Positions 53,681-64,000 of a DNA stretch of 64,000 nt are shown here, in pieces. Numbering within the stretch: position 1 is the first letter of the stretch; every line of letters begins with the position of its first letter. Both the position numbers and the translations under genes were made by a program. Origin of the DNA: Hydrolagus affinis (lineage: Eukaryota); the NCBI GenBank assembly GCA_012026655.1, contig JAAILG010000875.1, positions 1-64,000 of the forward strand, read 5' to 3'. The notes beneath the pieces are model-generated. The model had not been told where the DNA came from and did not search any database. It saw nothing but the letters and a program-made list of their open reading frames with translations.

Positions 53681-54070
53681 CAACAACAACAATTTGCATT
53701 GATGTAGCACCCGCCATGCCATTCGGCGTCTCAGAGCGCTTCACAATAGCGGAGCCTGGGGCCGAGCCAGGGGGAGGGGGAAGGTTACCATACACATGGT
53801 TGAACAGAAAGGTCTTCAGGCGCGACCTGAAAATGGAAAAGGAGGGGATGAGATGAAGGGATTGAGGGAGGGAGTTCCAGAGTTTCAGGGCATAATGGCT
53901 ACAGGCATTGCCGCCAATGGTGGAGAGGCGGATTCGGGCGAAAAGGTGGAGGCCAGACCCAGTAGAGCAGCGGTAATGGGTACTGCTGTGAAGAGAGAGG
54001 AGGTTAGAGAAGTAGTGGGATGCAGAGGAGTGGAGGGATTTAAACACAAGAGTGAGGATCTTGAAGTCGG
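53681..54070 (-). mobile_element. L2-clade LINE 3' fragment
   Basis: ORF 53676-54167 contains DFKILTLVFKSLH...STIGGNACSHYALKLWNSLPQSL...FRSRLKTFLF; (caa)n tail on +. Confidence 0.9.
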
Positions 54071-54242
54071 TCTGCTCTGTGACAGCATAAAACAATCTGA
54101 CCAACAGGAGTGATGTAGCTGTAAAAATGAATATCCACACAGAGAATGGAAAGTATGTGATATCCAAAGCTGTGATTCTCCGAGTTGTTTTTGGTTTGTT
54201 GACGAGTTAACATAGGAGTTAACCAAAACAACCACTATTGGA

Positions 54243-54345
54243 ACAAAAACAGAAAACGCTGAGAACACTCAGCAGATCAGGCAGCATCTATAGAGAAAAG
54301 AAAGTGAGTCAACGCTTTGGGTCCACGACGTTTCATCAGAACTCA
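54243..54345 (-). mobile_element. ~103-bp Penelope-derived mini-element with a degenerate minimal hammerhead motif
   Basis: Flanked by (ca)accactattgga (54229-54242 and 54344-54357). Minus strand tgagtt-CTGATGA-aacgtc-gtg-gaccc-aAAg-cg-TT-gactca. Collinear with 51711-51813. Confidence 0.75.
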
Positions 54346-54501
54346 ACCACTATTGGATGCCACTAAATAAAAATAGCTTATGGATAAAATACTATCTATG
54401 GAGAAAGTAAATTCAGTCAATGTTTTGGGTCCAGGAGCCTTCATCAGAATTCAACCACTTTTGGATTCCACCGCATAAAAATAGCTTATGGCTAAAATAT
54501 T
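54286..54501. repeat. Tandem duplication, 2 x ~108 bp
   Basis: atctatagagaaa...tcatcagaactcaaccactattggatgccactaaataaaaatagcttatggataaaatact is repeated as atctatggagaaa...tcatcagaattcaaccacttttggattccaccgcataaaaatagcttatggctaaaatatt. Confidence 0.85.
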
Positions 54502-54509
54502 ATGCAAGG

Positions 54510-55255
54510 TCGTACTTCACTCAGCTGATAGCACTTTTTCCTCTGAGTCAGATCGTTAAGGATTCATGCACCCACTTCAGAACTTTGAGCTCAAAGTCTA
54601 GGTTGATTCCAGTGCAATGCTGAGGAAGTTCTGTGTTGTTCTGTCCTTCAGTTGAGACATTAAACTGAGGTCTCTCTGCCTGTTCAGCTGAATGTTAAAG
54701 AACCCATGACAATAATAATAATCCTTGTATTTGATATAGCGCTTTTCACATCTTCTAGATGTCTCAAAGCGCTTCACAGAATATACTGTAAAGTGAATTG
54801 ACTGAATATATGTGGGCAAAACATGGCAGCCAATTGTGCACAGCAGTGTCCCTCAAACAATCATAGATTGAAATAACCAATTTATTGTTGTTTTTGAGTG
54901 ATTATTATTATGCATGTGGAGTAAGGAAACTTGCCCATTGTTTCGCCCTGTCTGGAATTGAACCCAGGTCTCTCATTTGTAAGGCAAATGCTCTAACTAA
55001 GCTACGTGATTCCACTCCGTGATACCATTCAAAAAGAGAAGGGAGTTTTGCCTCGTATCATGGACAACAATCTTCCAAATAATAGTTAGCAAATTCCTTT
55101 CAGGGCTGTTTGGATGACATTGCTGAGCATAAATGGGTTGCGTGTTCACCTGCAAATATACAATCATTACACATTGCAGAAAATGAATCTTGTGAGCACT
55201 TTGAGATGTATTGACAATTTGATAAGGCATTACATCAAATGCAAAGATAATACTA
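54510..55255 (+). mobile_element. Deu-domain SINE split by a younger SINE (5' part 54510-54710, 3' part ~55015-55255)
   Basis: ctcagctgatagcact..ctctgagtcaga...ttcagttgagacattaaactgaggtctctctgcctgttcagctgaatgttaaagaacccatg, resuming as ccattcaaaaagagaagggagttttgcc...gataaggcattacatcaaatgcaaagataa. Confidence 0.8.
54711..55005 (-). mobile_element. tRNA-derived SINE (short subtype), full length
   Basis: Minus strand gtagcttagttagagc...cctgggttcaattcc...gggcaagtttccttactccac...tail (att)n. Confidence 0.88.
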
Positions 55256-57015
55256 CATTTGTACTAATTATGTGAGATATCATTTTATCGGAAGTGTTAT
55301 ATATTAATTCCACTTTAGTTTCTTTTGAGGTGTGAATAAATACAAGTACTGTACTTAGATGCAAAGGGTTTCAGATACAAGCCTATTTATTGGAGGGAAT
55401 AAATTCACACATTCAATATCAGCAGCTGTCCCCAAATTTGTATTTAATGTGGTCCTATAAACACATAGAAGGCAGTTAATGAATGTACTTTAGAAGTATG
55501 TGGGAAAATATTAATGGAAACAAAATATAAAGATTTAGTAACATCACAAAACAGTTCAATTTATTTTCTTAACACATAGAACATCACATAAATATCAATT
55601 AAAATTAATTAGAACACACATTTTCTAAACATCTTTTCTAAGATGAAATAGGTGGTTTGTAGTTTCAATTGGATCTGCATCTCTCACCAGTGATATAAGA
55701 AACAAGAAAATTACATTTACAGCATAGAGCACCTTTCACTTTGGGATGATGTGTCTTTATCAGTATGAAATCTTTATCGTACTTTATTGCTGATTATGTA
55801 ACAACATTTTGTTTGCAATACATTTGAAAACTTGTAGCATATCACAATGACAAATTGAAATGAATAAAAACAAAGTTTCAAGCTGTCTCAGGAGCACATT
55901 ATCATTCCTATTACATTTGAGGTGTTTCATTGGTTATAAAAATATATCAAATGTTATCTGCATGTTTTCTCTAACTCAACCTCCAGTAAGGGTTAATCAG
56001 TCAGTTGATCCAGATAAACTTGTCCGTGAAAGAAAATACAGTATTAGGTATAAATTCCAAAGGCTGTGTTCAGCCAGTCTAATTACTTCGGAATAATTTG
56101 CCAGCTAAAAATATCTAAGTAAAGGGTCTACTTCAGAAGCAGCTACAAATGTCAATACACATGGTATTTACATGCCAGACAAAACATCTTGCTTCTTACT
56201 TTTTTTCATTTGTAAAACAGTGGGCATGATTCATTTTAACTAAATGAAAAGGTTTTTGAATGCAGTCATCAGTGATTTATTTGAACAGAAATAGTGATTT
56301 CTGTGTGATGGTTGTGGAATCTGAAACACTTGAATCCTTGCAAAATGTGCTTTACAATCTACAAATAGGAGCGATGTAATTGGTCATTTATCATGGCTAG
56401 ATTCATGCAACATTCCCCAAATTAAATGCAATTAGATTTAATTTGGATTCTTCAACAGTCTAAATGTGTTAGACCGAATGCCTGTGAATTTAATTGATAA
56501 GTAATGGACTTCTATGAGGCAGAACAAATGGAATAAGTTGGCAACTCGGCAACCATTATGGAATACTTGTCTTTATTAGTGTAGGAACTTTGAATTCAGA
56601 GAATATGAAACATATACTTCTTGAATGTTTTGTATATTAGATGGTATAATAATAAATCACTGATAGAACTCTTTCAAATAAATTAAGAGTTGAAAGTGAA
56701 AATGGATATACTGTAATACATAATATATCCAGGTGCCAGATGTAAGAAGCTAAAAAGGGAAGATCATATGGTTAGTATTCTGCAAGCAAGAGCTCAAATG
56801 GATTGAAAGGCCTTCTTCATCCAAATCTCTTGTGTGATCTTAGTTCAATTAACAAGTTTTCTTTAGAAAACTAAACGTACACCACAGCCACTAATGGGAC
56901 CCATCCTCCAATACATGATATATTGTGTACATAGTTCAATTTGGGTTCTAATATAATTATAATCATACTAGCATTTGATATAGTGTTTTATATTGCCTTC
57001 ACAAATAATTAAAAA

Positions 57016-57281
57016 GAATAATCCTTGCATTTGAACATGGCTTTTCACAGAATATACTGTACTGTAAAGTGAATTGTCTGTCTATTTGTGAGCGATACAC
57101 TGCAGTCAATTGTGCACAGCAGTGTCTCACAAACCGTCGTGGATTGAAGTGACCAATTTTTTTTCTTGAGGGATTATTATTAGTAGTGTGGAGTAAGGAA
57201 ACTTGCCCAAGATTTCGTCCTGTCATGAATCGAACCTAGGATCTCTTGCTTGCGAGGTGAGTACTCTGCCAACTGAGCTAC
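57016..57281 (-). mobile_element. tRNA-derived SINE (short subtype) with intact-looking Pol III boxes
   Basis: Minus strand gTAGCTCAGTTGGcagagtactcacctcgcaagcaagagatcctaGGTTCGATTC...ttgggcaagtttccttactccacac. Confidence 0.88.
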
Positions 57282-58829
57282 AGAATTAAAAACGTAATTT
57301 TGAGTGTGTATATTAAGCACTATGGTTAGAAATCATTAGATATTAGACCCTAATGTGCTTACAAGAACTTTATTCCTCATCGATTGATAATTTCACAAAA
57401 CAGAATGTATACATTTAAATAACAGAAGAATTTTCCCACTAATTCGGATACAGTTCTAATTTATCTAATTGATTAGATTACTAAAAAAAAGTTTTTTCAT
57501 ATAAGAGGAATGAATAGATATAATAGCAAAGACTGGGGCAAAATTTTCATATAACTTGTTTTTCATGCATCAGTCACATATAGATGGCATCACTGTACAT
57601 CAAGCTCAGTAGAATAATACAGTTCTCAGTACTGTACAATTATCTAAGGTTGATGAGAAATAGCTGAAATATTTAAGCCATTGATGTTGCAAAACCTGAT
57701 GCAATCTGACACAAACAACAGAAAGAAAAGGTGCAAGTATCTCTTCAGCACCATTATAAATGTCAGATATTCAGGAATGAGTCATCTTTTCATCTGCACA
57801 GATACCAGAGTTGACAGAACTGTGGAATGTATAGAAACCCTAAATCTATCAAGAAATTCTCCACTGGCACTAATGGTGTTCACAGCACCATAGATAATGA
57901 AACCAGAGTTATACTTCCAAGAGGAAAGAATACAATTAGATATTTCTGATTTACACCTTGGTATTATTACAAATATGGTTGCCCTCTTCCTCCTCATTGA
58001 TATAGAAATAAAAAGCAAGTTACACTTCCACAAACTGAAAAGAACATTGGAACCAAAACATAATAATCACCCTTGCTTTGTTTTGTTATTGTGCCTGATC
58101 ACATTGTTAACGTGTCTCAAAGTGAGTCTTTTTGTGCGTCACTCATCGGCAGAACTTGCAAGGCCAGACCACTCACTGGGGGCAGCGACTCATTGCATTC
58201 AGCTCCCGATAACCCTGCAAGCCAAAGCCCAAACTTGTAGTGTGATCTGAGCTGGACAAGCAGTGCTCTCAATGGCATGCTGTGTCCCTTGAGGTAGAGA
58301 ATGTGCATTCCAACAAATATCACTGGAATTTCCATGTGAATGGAACTCATGTGAAAGGCGCTATATAAATGTAATTTAGCCGTTGTGTGTTTGGTTACTC
58401 TTAAGCATGGTGATGGATTCTAAATGCAAATACCTTTGAAAAAGTAATTAACTTTAATGTTATTTGTGCTTATGATGCAATAAGGTGATAAACAGACTGA
58501 CTCCTAAGAGGTTGCCTAACCAACAAGAGAAGATAATGTCTAATAATTTCCTGTTAGAGTGATAAGAACCTTCTGTTATGCTGTCAGAATATATTTGTCT
58601 CTGTAAACCAAATGATAAGATGTTGCCAGAGTATAGTGCTTCCAGTTCGGATAAAAATAATATACATTATCTTTGTTATATGATTGGAAAAAAAGTTTCT
58701 GTGTATTGGGACATGAAATCTGGTTGAAGATTTGAACAATAAAAATCCTAAACACACCACAATTCCCAACATGTACAGAACAGCCTCTAACCAAAGGACA
58801 GCAGTGGAGGATTTTACTAATAATTTCAT

Positions 58830-58843
58830 GTTGCTATGGCAAC
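58830..58843. promoter_or_regulatory. RFX X-box GTTGCTATGGCAAC
   Basis: Full 14-bp X-box consensus match, with a weaker copy GTTGCCTAACCAAC at 58511-58524. Confidence 0.45.
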
Positions 58844-61009
58844 AGTTATCTGCCAAAAACCCAAATCATAGACAGATTAAAATACAGATTAAAAAGTAAG
58901 GTTGTTGATCAAGTGATAAATGGAGCCTGTCCAACAAAATTATTATATAAAGAATATATTGCAGCAATCATAATTTTACTGACTTATTGTTTGTGCTTTT
59001 CAACCTTTTTTCACACTTTGTTAGCTTTCACATCCACACAATTAGCCCTTTTCAAAACATGGCAAATTGGACAGCTTTAGATGTTCACATCTGAAAGTCA
59101 CAATTAGCACATTGAATCTGGATAATGAACAGCAAAAATTGGTCCCCATTCTGTCCTTTAATTGAACTCTGCAATGTGTTCATGAATGTCTTGACCTTCT
59201 GGGTTCTTAAACAAACTTCTGCTTGATATTGCATTTTAACCAGCCCTTGCATTTCCCATTAAAACAGAGGTGTTCATCCTGAATCTCATGGGCCAATGTT
59301 AAATATTGGGATCACTTCTAAGCAAAGCCCAGATTATCCTTTTACATTCACAGATATTTCAGATTTGTGACAAAGACTGAAATAACAAAGACTCAGTCAG
59401 CAGTTTTAGTTATGGCAGTGTCTGACCTTACAGTATTTAAATTCCTATAGTCTTTTTTGGGGGTTGGCATCCTCCAATCCTTTACTGCCATATCATGATT
59501 TTACAAAAAAAAAGCTGTATGTGTAATTCATATTATCTTCCTTTCTGTAAATAAAACCTGCACTGTTTTTGAAGGTTTGAAAAGTGCTCTCAACTTTGCA
59601 CTTGAGTAACTTGAAAAGGGCAAGATAATTTGGATAGGATGAAAATAACAAGTCATCAACTAAAGCAAGCAGCAACTCTGAATGGTTCAACAACAACAAC
59701 TTGCATTTATATAGCACCTTTCATGCCGAGAGGACATTCAAGAAACGTAAAAATTCTTGCATTTGATATAGCGCTTTATTTGCTCTCGTCTCCCTTTTAC
59801 ATTTAACTGGCAACTGTAACTATGTGGGAAGAATATCTAAGTGGGTGTTCCTGCAGGAGAAAGACTTCCCTACAGATTTCATCAACCAATGCTTACATTT
59901 GTTGGATTTTGTAGTTTAAAGAAATCACCGGTGGAAATTCAATATTCACCAGCTCTTAGACTGGAGATGTCAGACATCCATAAGTCCGCTTACCGAATGT
60001 CTGTGGACAATTCTGGCAATAGATAGAAAACTGATGTTATTCCCTGGTGGAGTCTTTGCTAAGAATGGAATTTAGTAAACTAGAGCAACACCTAAGAGAT
60101 TTAGACTGATGCTTTGTATCCTTATATACCACAACGCTTTAAATCTTTAATGGAGTGAAGTTTGCTGTTCAGAATTCCCCCATTTAAACTGCGTAATTTA
60201 CTTATTACTAGATGTTAAAAGACACTAAGACGTCTTAAATTCCCTGAGGCCAAAATTAAGAGAAACATAAGAAGGATGAAGTAATGGAATCATCACAACT
60301 TTAAAGTGAACCTAAAAGGGAGAAAAGAGGTATCACTGAGGCTGGGAATTTGCAAAGATTCAATCATGCATAACAGGTGGATTCACATGTTTAAAGTTTA
60401 CCTGATGGAGGAGCAGTTAACGATTTAAACTTTTGATGGATAGTTAATATATAATATTATTCTGTTATTTGTGATGATGAAGTGAGAACTATGTAGTATA
60501 TTATATAAATTTGACTGACTAAATTTTCCTAAATCTAACGATTATGCACATATTAATCTTGAACCAATCTGGCTCTGACATTTTTCTTTTTCAAACTAAC
60601 CCGTAGAAAAGCAATAGAACTAGTTCTTGGAACAAAGGGGTACAAATTGTGACTGGTGATTGTTAATTAAAATTAACATGAGTGAACACTGATGTTAATT
60701 GAAATATAGATGAACAATACACCCTGTCAGAGTTCCAGTGAGCATAGTGTAATTTAATTTACTGGAAGGAATCCCCACTCAGATTGCTTATTAAGAAATT
60801 GTGTTTGAAACTGCCAATATTAGACCCAATTGTGAACCTGGAGAAAACTAAAATGTTTAGCAAATATACTAAAAAAAAGAAAGCATACTGGAGAATTTGA
60901 TTACAATTTAGGACTATAGACAAATAGGAATAAGTGGAGGCCATTCCGCCTTCTATGAAGCACTTTGAGATGTCCTTCCAATGCATAATGCTATTATCTA
61001 ATTAAAGTA

Positions 61010-61135
61010 GTATCCAAAAGTGCTTCACAGAAATTACCATAGAGTGTAGAAACTGTATTTTGTGGGCGAACATGGCAGCCAATTTGTGCACCACAATGTT
61101 CTGCAATCAGCTGAGAAGTGAATGACCAATTTTAT
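61010..61135 (-). mobile_element. SINE 3' fragment
   Basis: aaagtgcttcacaga...tgtgggcgaacatggcagccaatttgtgcac...aagtgaatgaccaatttt. Confidence 0.7.
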
Positions 61136-61244
61136 CTGGGGGTTGTTGTCCAAATCCCTGGAGTATAATCCAATCTACCCAGTCTATCATCATAGCTAAT
61201 ACATCCTTCGTAAGACCCTTCAAAACAGAATGATTATGAAGATT

Positions 61245-61385
61245 GGGTTCCCAAAACTATACACAGTATTCCAAATGTGGTTTGACCAGTGTGTAAATAG
61301 AGTATTTGTCTAAAGCCAATTTGCTTTTGTATCCTTGATTTTATTATAAAACCTAGCAACCCATTTGCCTTTTAAAATTGAGTCA
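61245..61385 (-). mobile_element. CR1 internal (ORF2) remnant
   Basis: cccaaaactatacacagtattccaaatgtggtttgacca reads LVKPHLEYCV*FW on the minus strand, the CR1 LVRPHLEYCVQFW motif. Confidence 0.7.
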
Positions 61386-61387
61386 TC

Positions 61388-61498
61388 CACCCACAAAGAT
61401 ACAGTCAATTTACTTTAGAGTATATTCTCTGAAGCACTTTGAGACGTCTAGAAGACGTGAAAAGCGCTATATTAAATGCAAGGATTATCATTATTATT
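61388..61498 (+). mobile_element. SINE 3' fragment
   Basis: gaagcactttgagacgtctagaagacgtgaaaagcgctatattaaatgcaaggattatcattattatt. Confidence 0.85.
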
Positions 61499-62207
61499 AA
61501 ACTTGCCTGCTGATGCAACATTAAATTCCCCATAAAAAAAACAGGCAATTTTGACCTTTGTTAGCTTGATGTTTAGAGCAATAGGACAGGTGATATACCA
61601 TATCATACCATACCAAGGTGATATATCATAATGTTACCTGTCCACCCACATACAGAAGTTCAATTATGATGATCAGCTTTATTTTGTTTTTATAAAAAAA
61701 CTATTATTATTATTAAGTGGAGAGAATTTGATTCAACGGATGATTATTACCCAGAGAATAGAAATTCCCCATTTGATTTTGTGGAAAGAAGACTTGATAC
61801 AACCATTGCTTGATTTTTCTTCAAATAAGCAATTAAGATCCATTTCGCTTTTCCAAGTTATTCTTAAATTTTGTTAAATGCTGATACATTTGCAAAAAGA
61901 AACTCATCATAAACACTTCGGGAGGCAAACTGATATGACTGGAGACTTAAAGTTGGATTTAGAGCAATCATCAGCAAAATAGAAATATATCTTGTAGATT
62001 CCACCTGAGATCAAGTGATGATGAGTGAGTTGCCTGAACAGAAAAAGATAATATGCGTTATCCACTGGATTGCACCGAATGCAGTATTCACTTAGGAGAA
62101 TTGTTGGCAAAATGTTGAGGATAAGTGAAGGATGCCGTTACCCTGTTTTAACATTAAAGGTGAAATGATTTTGCTTGCCAAGGTTGCCTCTGTCATTCCC
62201 CTTCCAC

Positions 62208-62247
62208 ACACCCCCACCACCCCCCCACCACCCACCCACCCCCACCC
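62208..62247 (-). repeat. C-rich low-complexity tract (G-quadruplex-capable on the minus strand)
   Basis: A ~40-bp C-rich tract containing at least four runs of CCC or longer. Confidence 0.6.
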
Positions 62248-64000
62248 AATTCTTTGCTCTTAGAAGTTTATATCTCATAACCAAATTAATAAACGACCCA
62301 GTTGTGGAAGTTCCACTGTCACTCGGGAAACATTCCAACCAGCAAATGTCAGCGGGACTGACAGTTATTATTATTTATAGAAAATTATGTGAACAATTAT
62401 GGGCAAGAGAGAAATTAGACAGGCTAAATCAGAGCGAAGGAGAAAGAAAAAGAGGGTTAAGAGAGAGCAGGAAGGTTATAGAAAGAATGCCATCATTTCT
62501 ATTTTTCTATTGGATATTAATGTCTTTACAGAGCAAGGTACTGTATATAGAAAGCGTTTCTGTGCACAAGAACAAATAAATATTTTAGTAAAAGCCTATT
62601 TAGTAAAATGATTTGAGATTCCTGCAATCATGTTATTTATGGCCTAGCTATTTTTAAATTTGTCAACCATTCAACACAGATTTTTTATGTACATCCACTT
62701 CAGCATCACTGTGCAATATTAGACAGTTTACTTGATTAAAAAAGTAGCATAGTTATCGATTGTGTGTCATAACAAAAACCTGCTATACAGGTTCAAAATT
62801 GTGCTCTAATTAAACAATTAACTTTTGCATGGAACACTCAAACTGAAATTCCCAGCATACATGGGAAGGCCACTAAGCAATTAAAGGAAAATAGGCACAC
62901 ATCAGTTTAATAACCCTATAGTCACCTGCTGTCCGGCTTTGGCTGCCAAAACCGTGTACAGTACCTTATTAATGAGTAATAAAACTGAATTGCTGCAATT
63001 TAAATGTTGTACATTGCAATCAGTGCGTAATAGGAGGTTATCAAGACTTTTTGATGACTAAACATGAGAATAGGGAGCTGGCAACACATATGTGAGAGAC
63101 AAACACAGGCACACTCATCTGGCCCAGTTTCATTTAAGCCTCTTGAAGCTCACAGAAAAGAAGTTTAATGAAAAAAGCTTTAGCAAAAGGCTACCATCAC
63201 TGGATAAAACAAAAATCTCATTTAGAGATGGATAATCAGATTTATATGCCATTTCCCCTCAAACCCTCTGGTTAGGAGTAGCCTGCTGGTGGTATTTTAT
63301 GTCATCTGCAGTTCTGACATTGGATGAAACCATCAGAACAATTTTTAATTTGACCTATATTTCTATTATTTCATGATTCTCTCATTAACAATTGAGTGAA
63401 ATACCAAACAGATCACCTTCCTTGTGGCCATGAAAAAAAAACGCTGTGCAAATTGATAAAAGATTAACTCGTATAAAGCTAAAGGCTTGCTCTTGCACGA
63501 AGCTCATTCTTGCATATGTATGAACTCTCAGCCCTAGATATGGCAGGCACTACCAACATTAGAAAAGGAGGGAGGAAAATGATTAGTAGAAGTTAAGAAG
63601 TTAAAAAACTAAAATCCAGGGATTAAAAGGGTAAAGCATCGGTAAGATTGAAATAACGGAGTGAAGGTGATATATCAAATTATATCAGTATAGTTAATTC
63701 CATAACATATTCACAATCAAACTCTGTACACAGGATGTCACGTACTTCTTCACAAACCCAGAAAACTGCAAGATGAAAGAGCTAGGCTTCTTGATTATAA
63801 ATGATCCATGATATGTTCTAATCATTGATGACTGAAAAAAAGTAACTAGAAAAACAGAATACTAACAGAAGTTCTACTTGGAGGACATTTTAGAGGGATT
63901 TCCTCTTTGATCAAGCTGATGGCCACTTTCCCTCCCCCATCTCCGCCCCACTACCCTCCATCCAACTCGGAATTGGGCAGGGTTAAGCCCTCTGAGATGC

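Noticed and set aside
53676-54268. Overlapping ORFs of 163, 127 and 105 aa
   Set aside because: Explained by an L2 ORF2 remnant and its alternative frames.

Overview
AT-rich vertebrate genomic DNA. The repeat content (Deu-domain SINEs, tRNA-headed SINEs with L2-type tails, HER1/CR1-type tails, a shark-type Penelope terminus) points to a cartilaginous fish, possibly a chimaera; this is inference. There is one clear protein-coding region: an intronless minus-strand ORF (17137-18072) for a heparan sulfate glucosamine 3-O-sulfotransferase 1-like enzyme. It has a strong splice acceptor at 18214 and a 28-codon uORF at the very start of the exon. Most sequence to the right (18.2-64 kb) looks like 5' intron or upstream DNA of this gene, filled with decayed SINE, L2 and CR1 fragments, one pogo/Tigger-type MITE and a few candidate regulatory motifs. 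The left ~14 kb may be the 3' end of an unidentified convergent + strand gene, supported only by weak candidate terminal exons. The most unusual signal is a ~100-bp Penelope-derived mini-element carrying a minimal hammerhead-ribozyme fold. It occurs as two independent insertions flanked by target-site duplications (51711-51813, 54243-54345) plus a tandemly duplicated third motif, and all three have CpG-type damage in the GAAA core. No other ORF in the supplied track is supported as a gene. Repeat boundaries were read by eye and are approximate. Family names come from recalled consensus features, not database searches.
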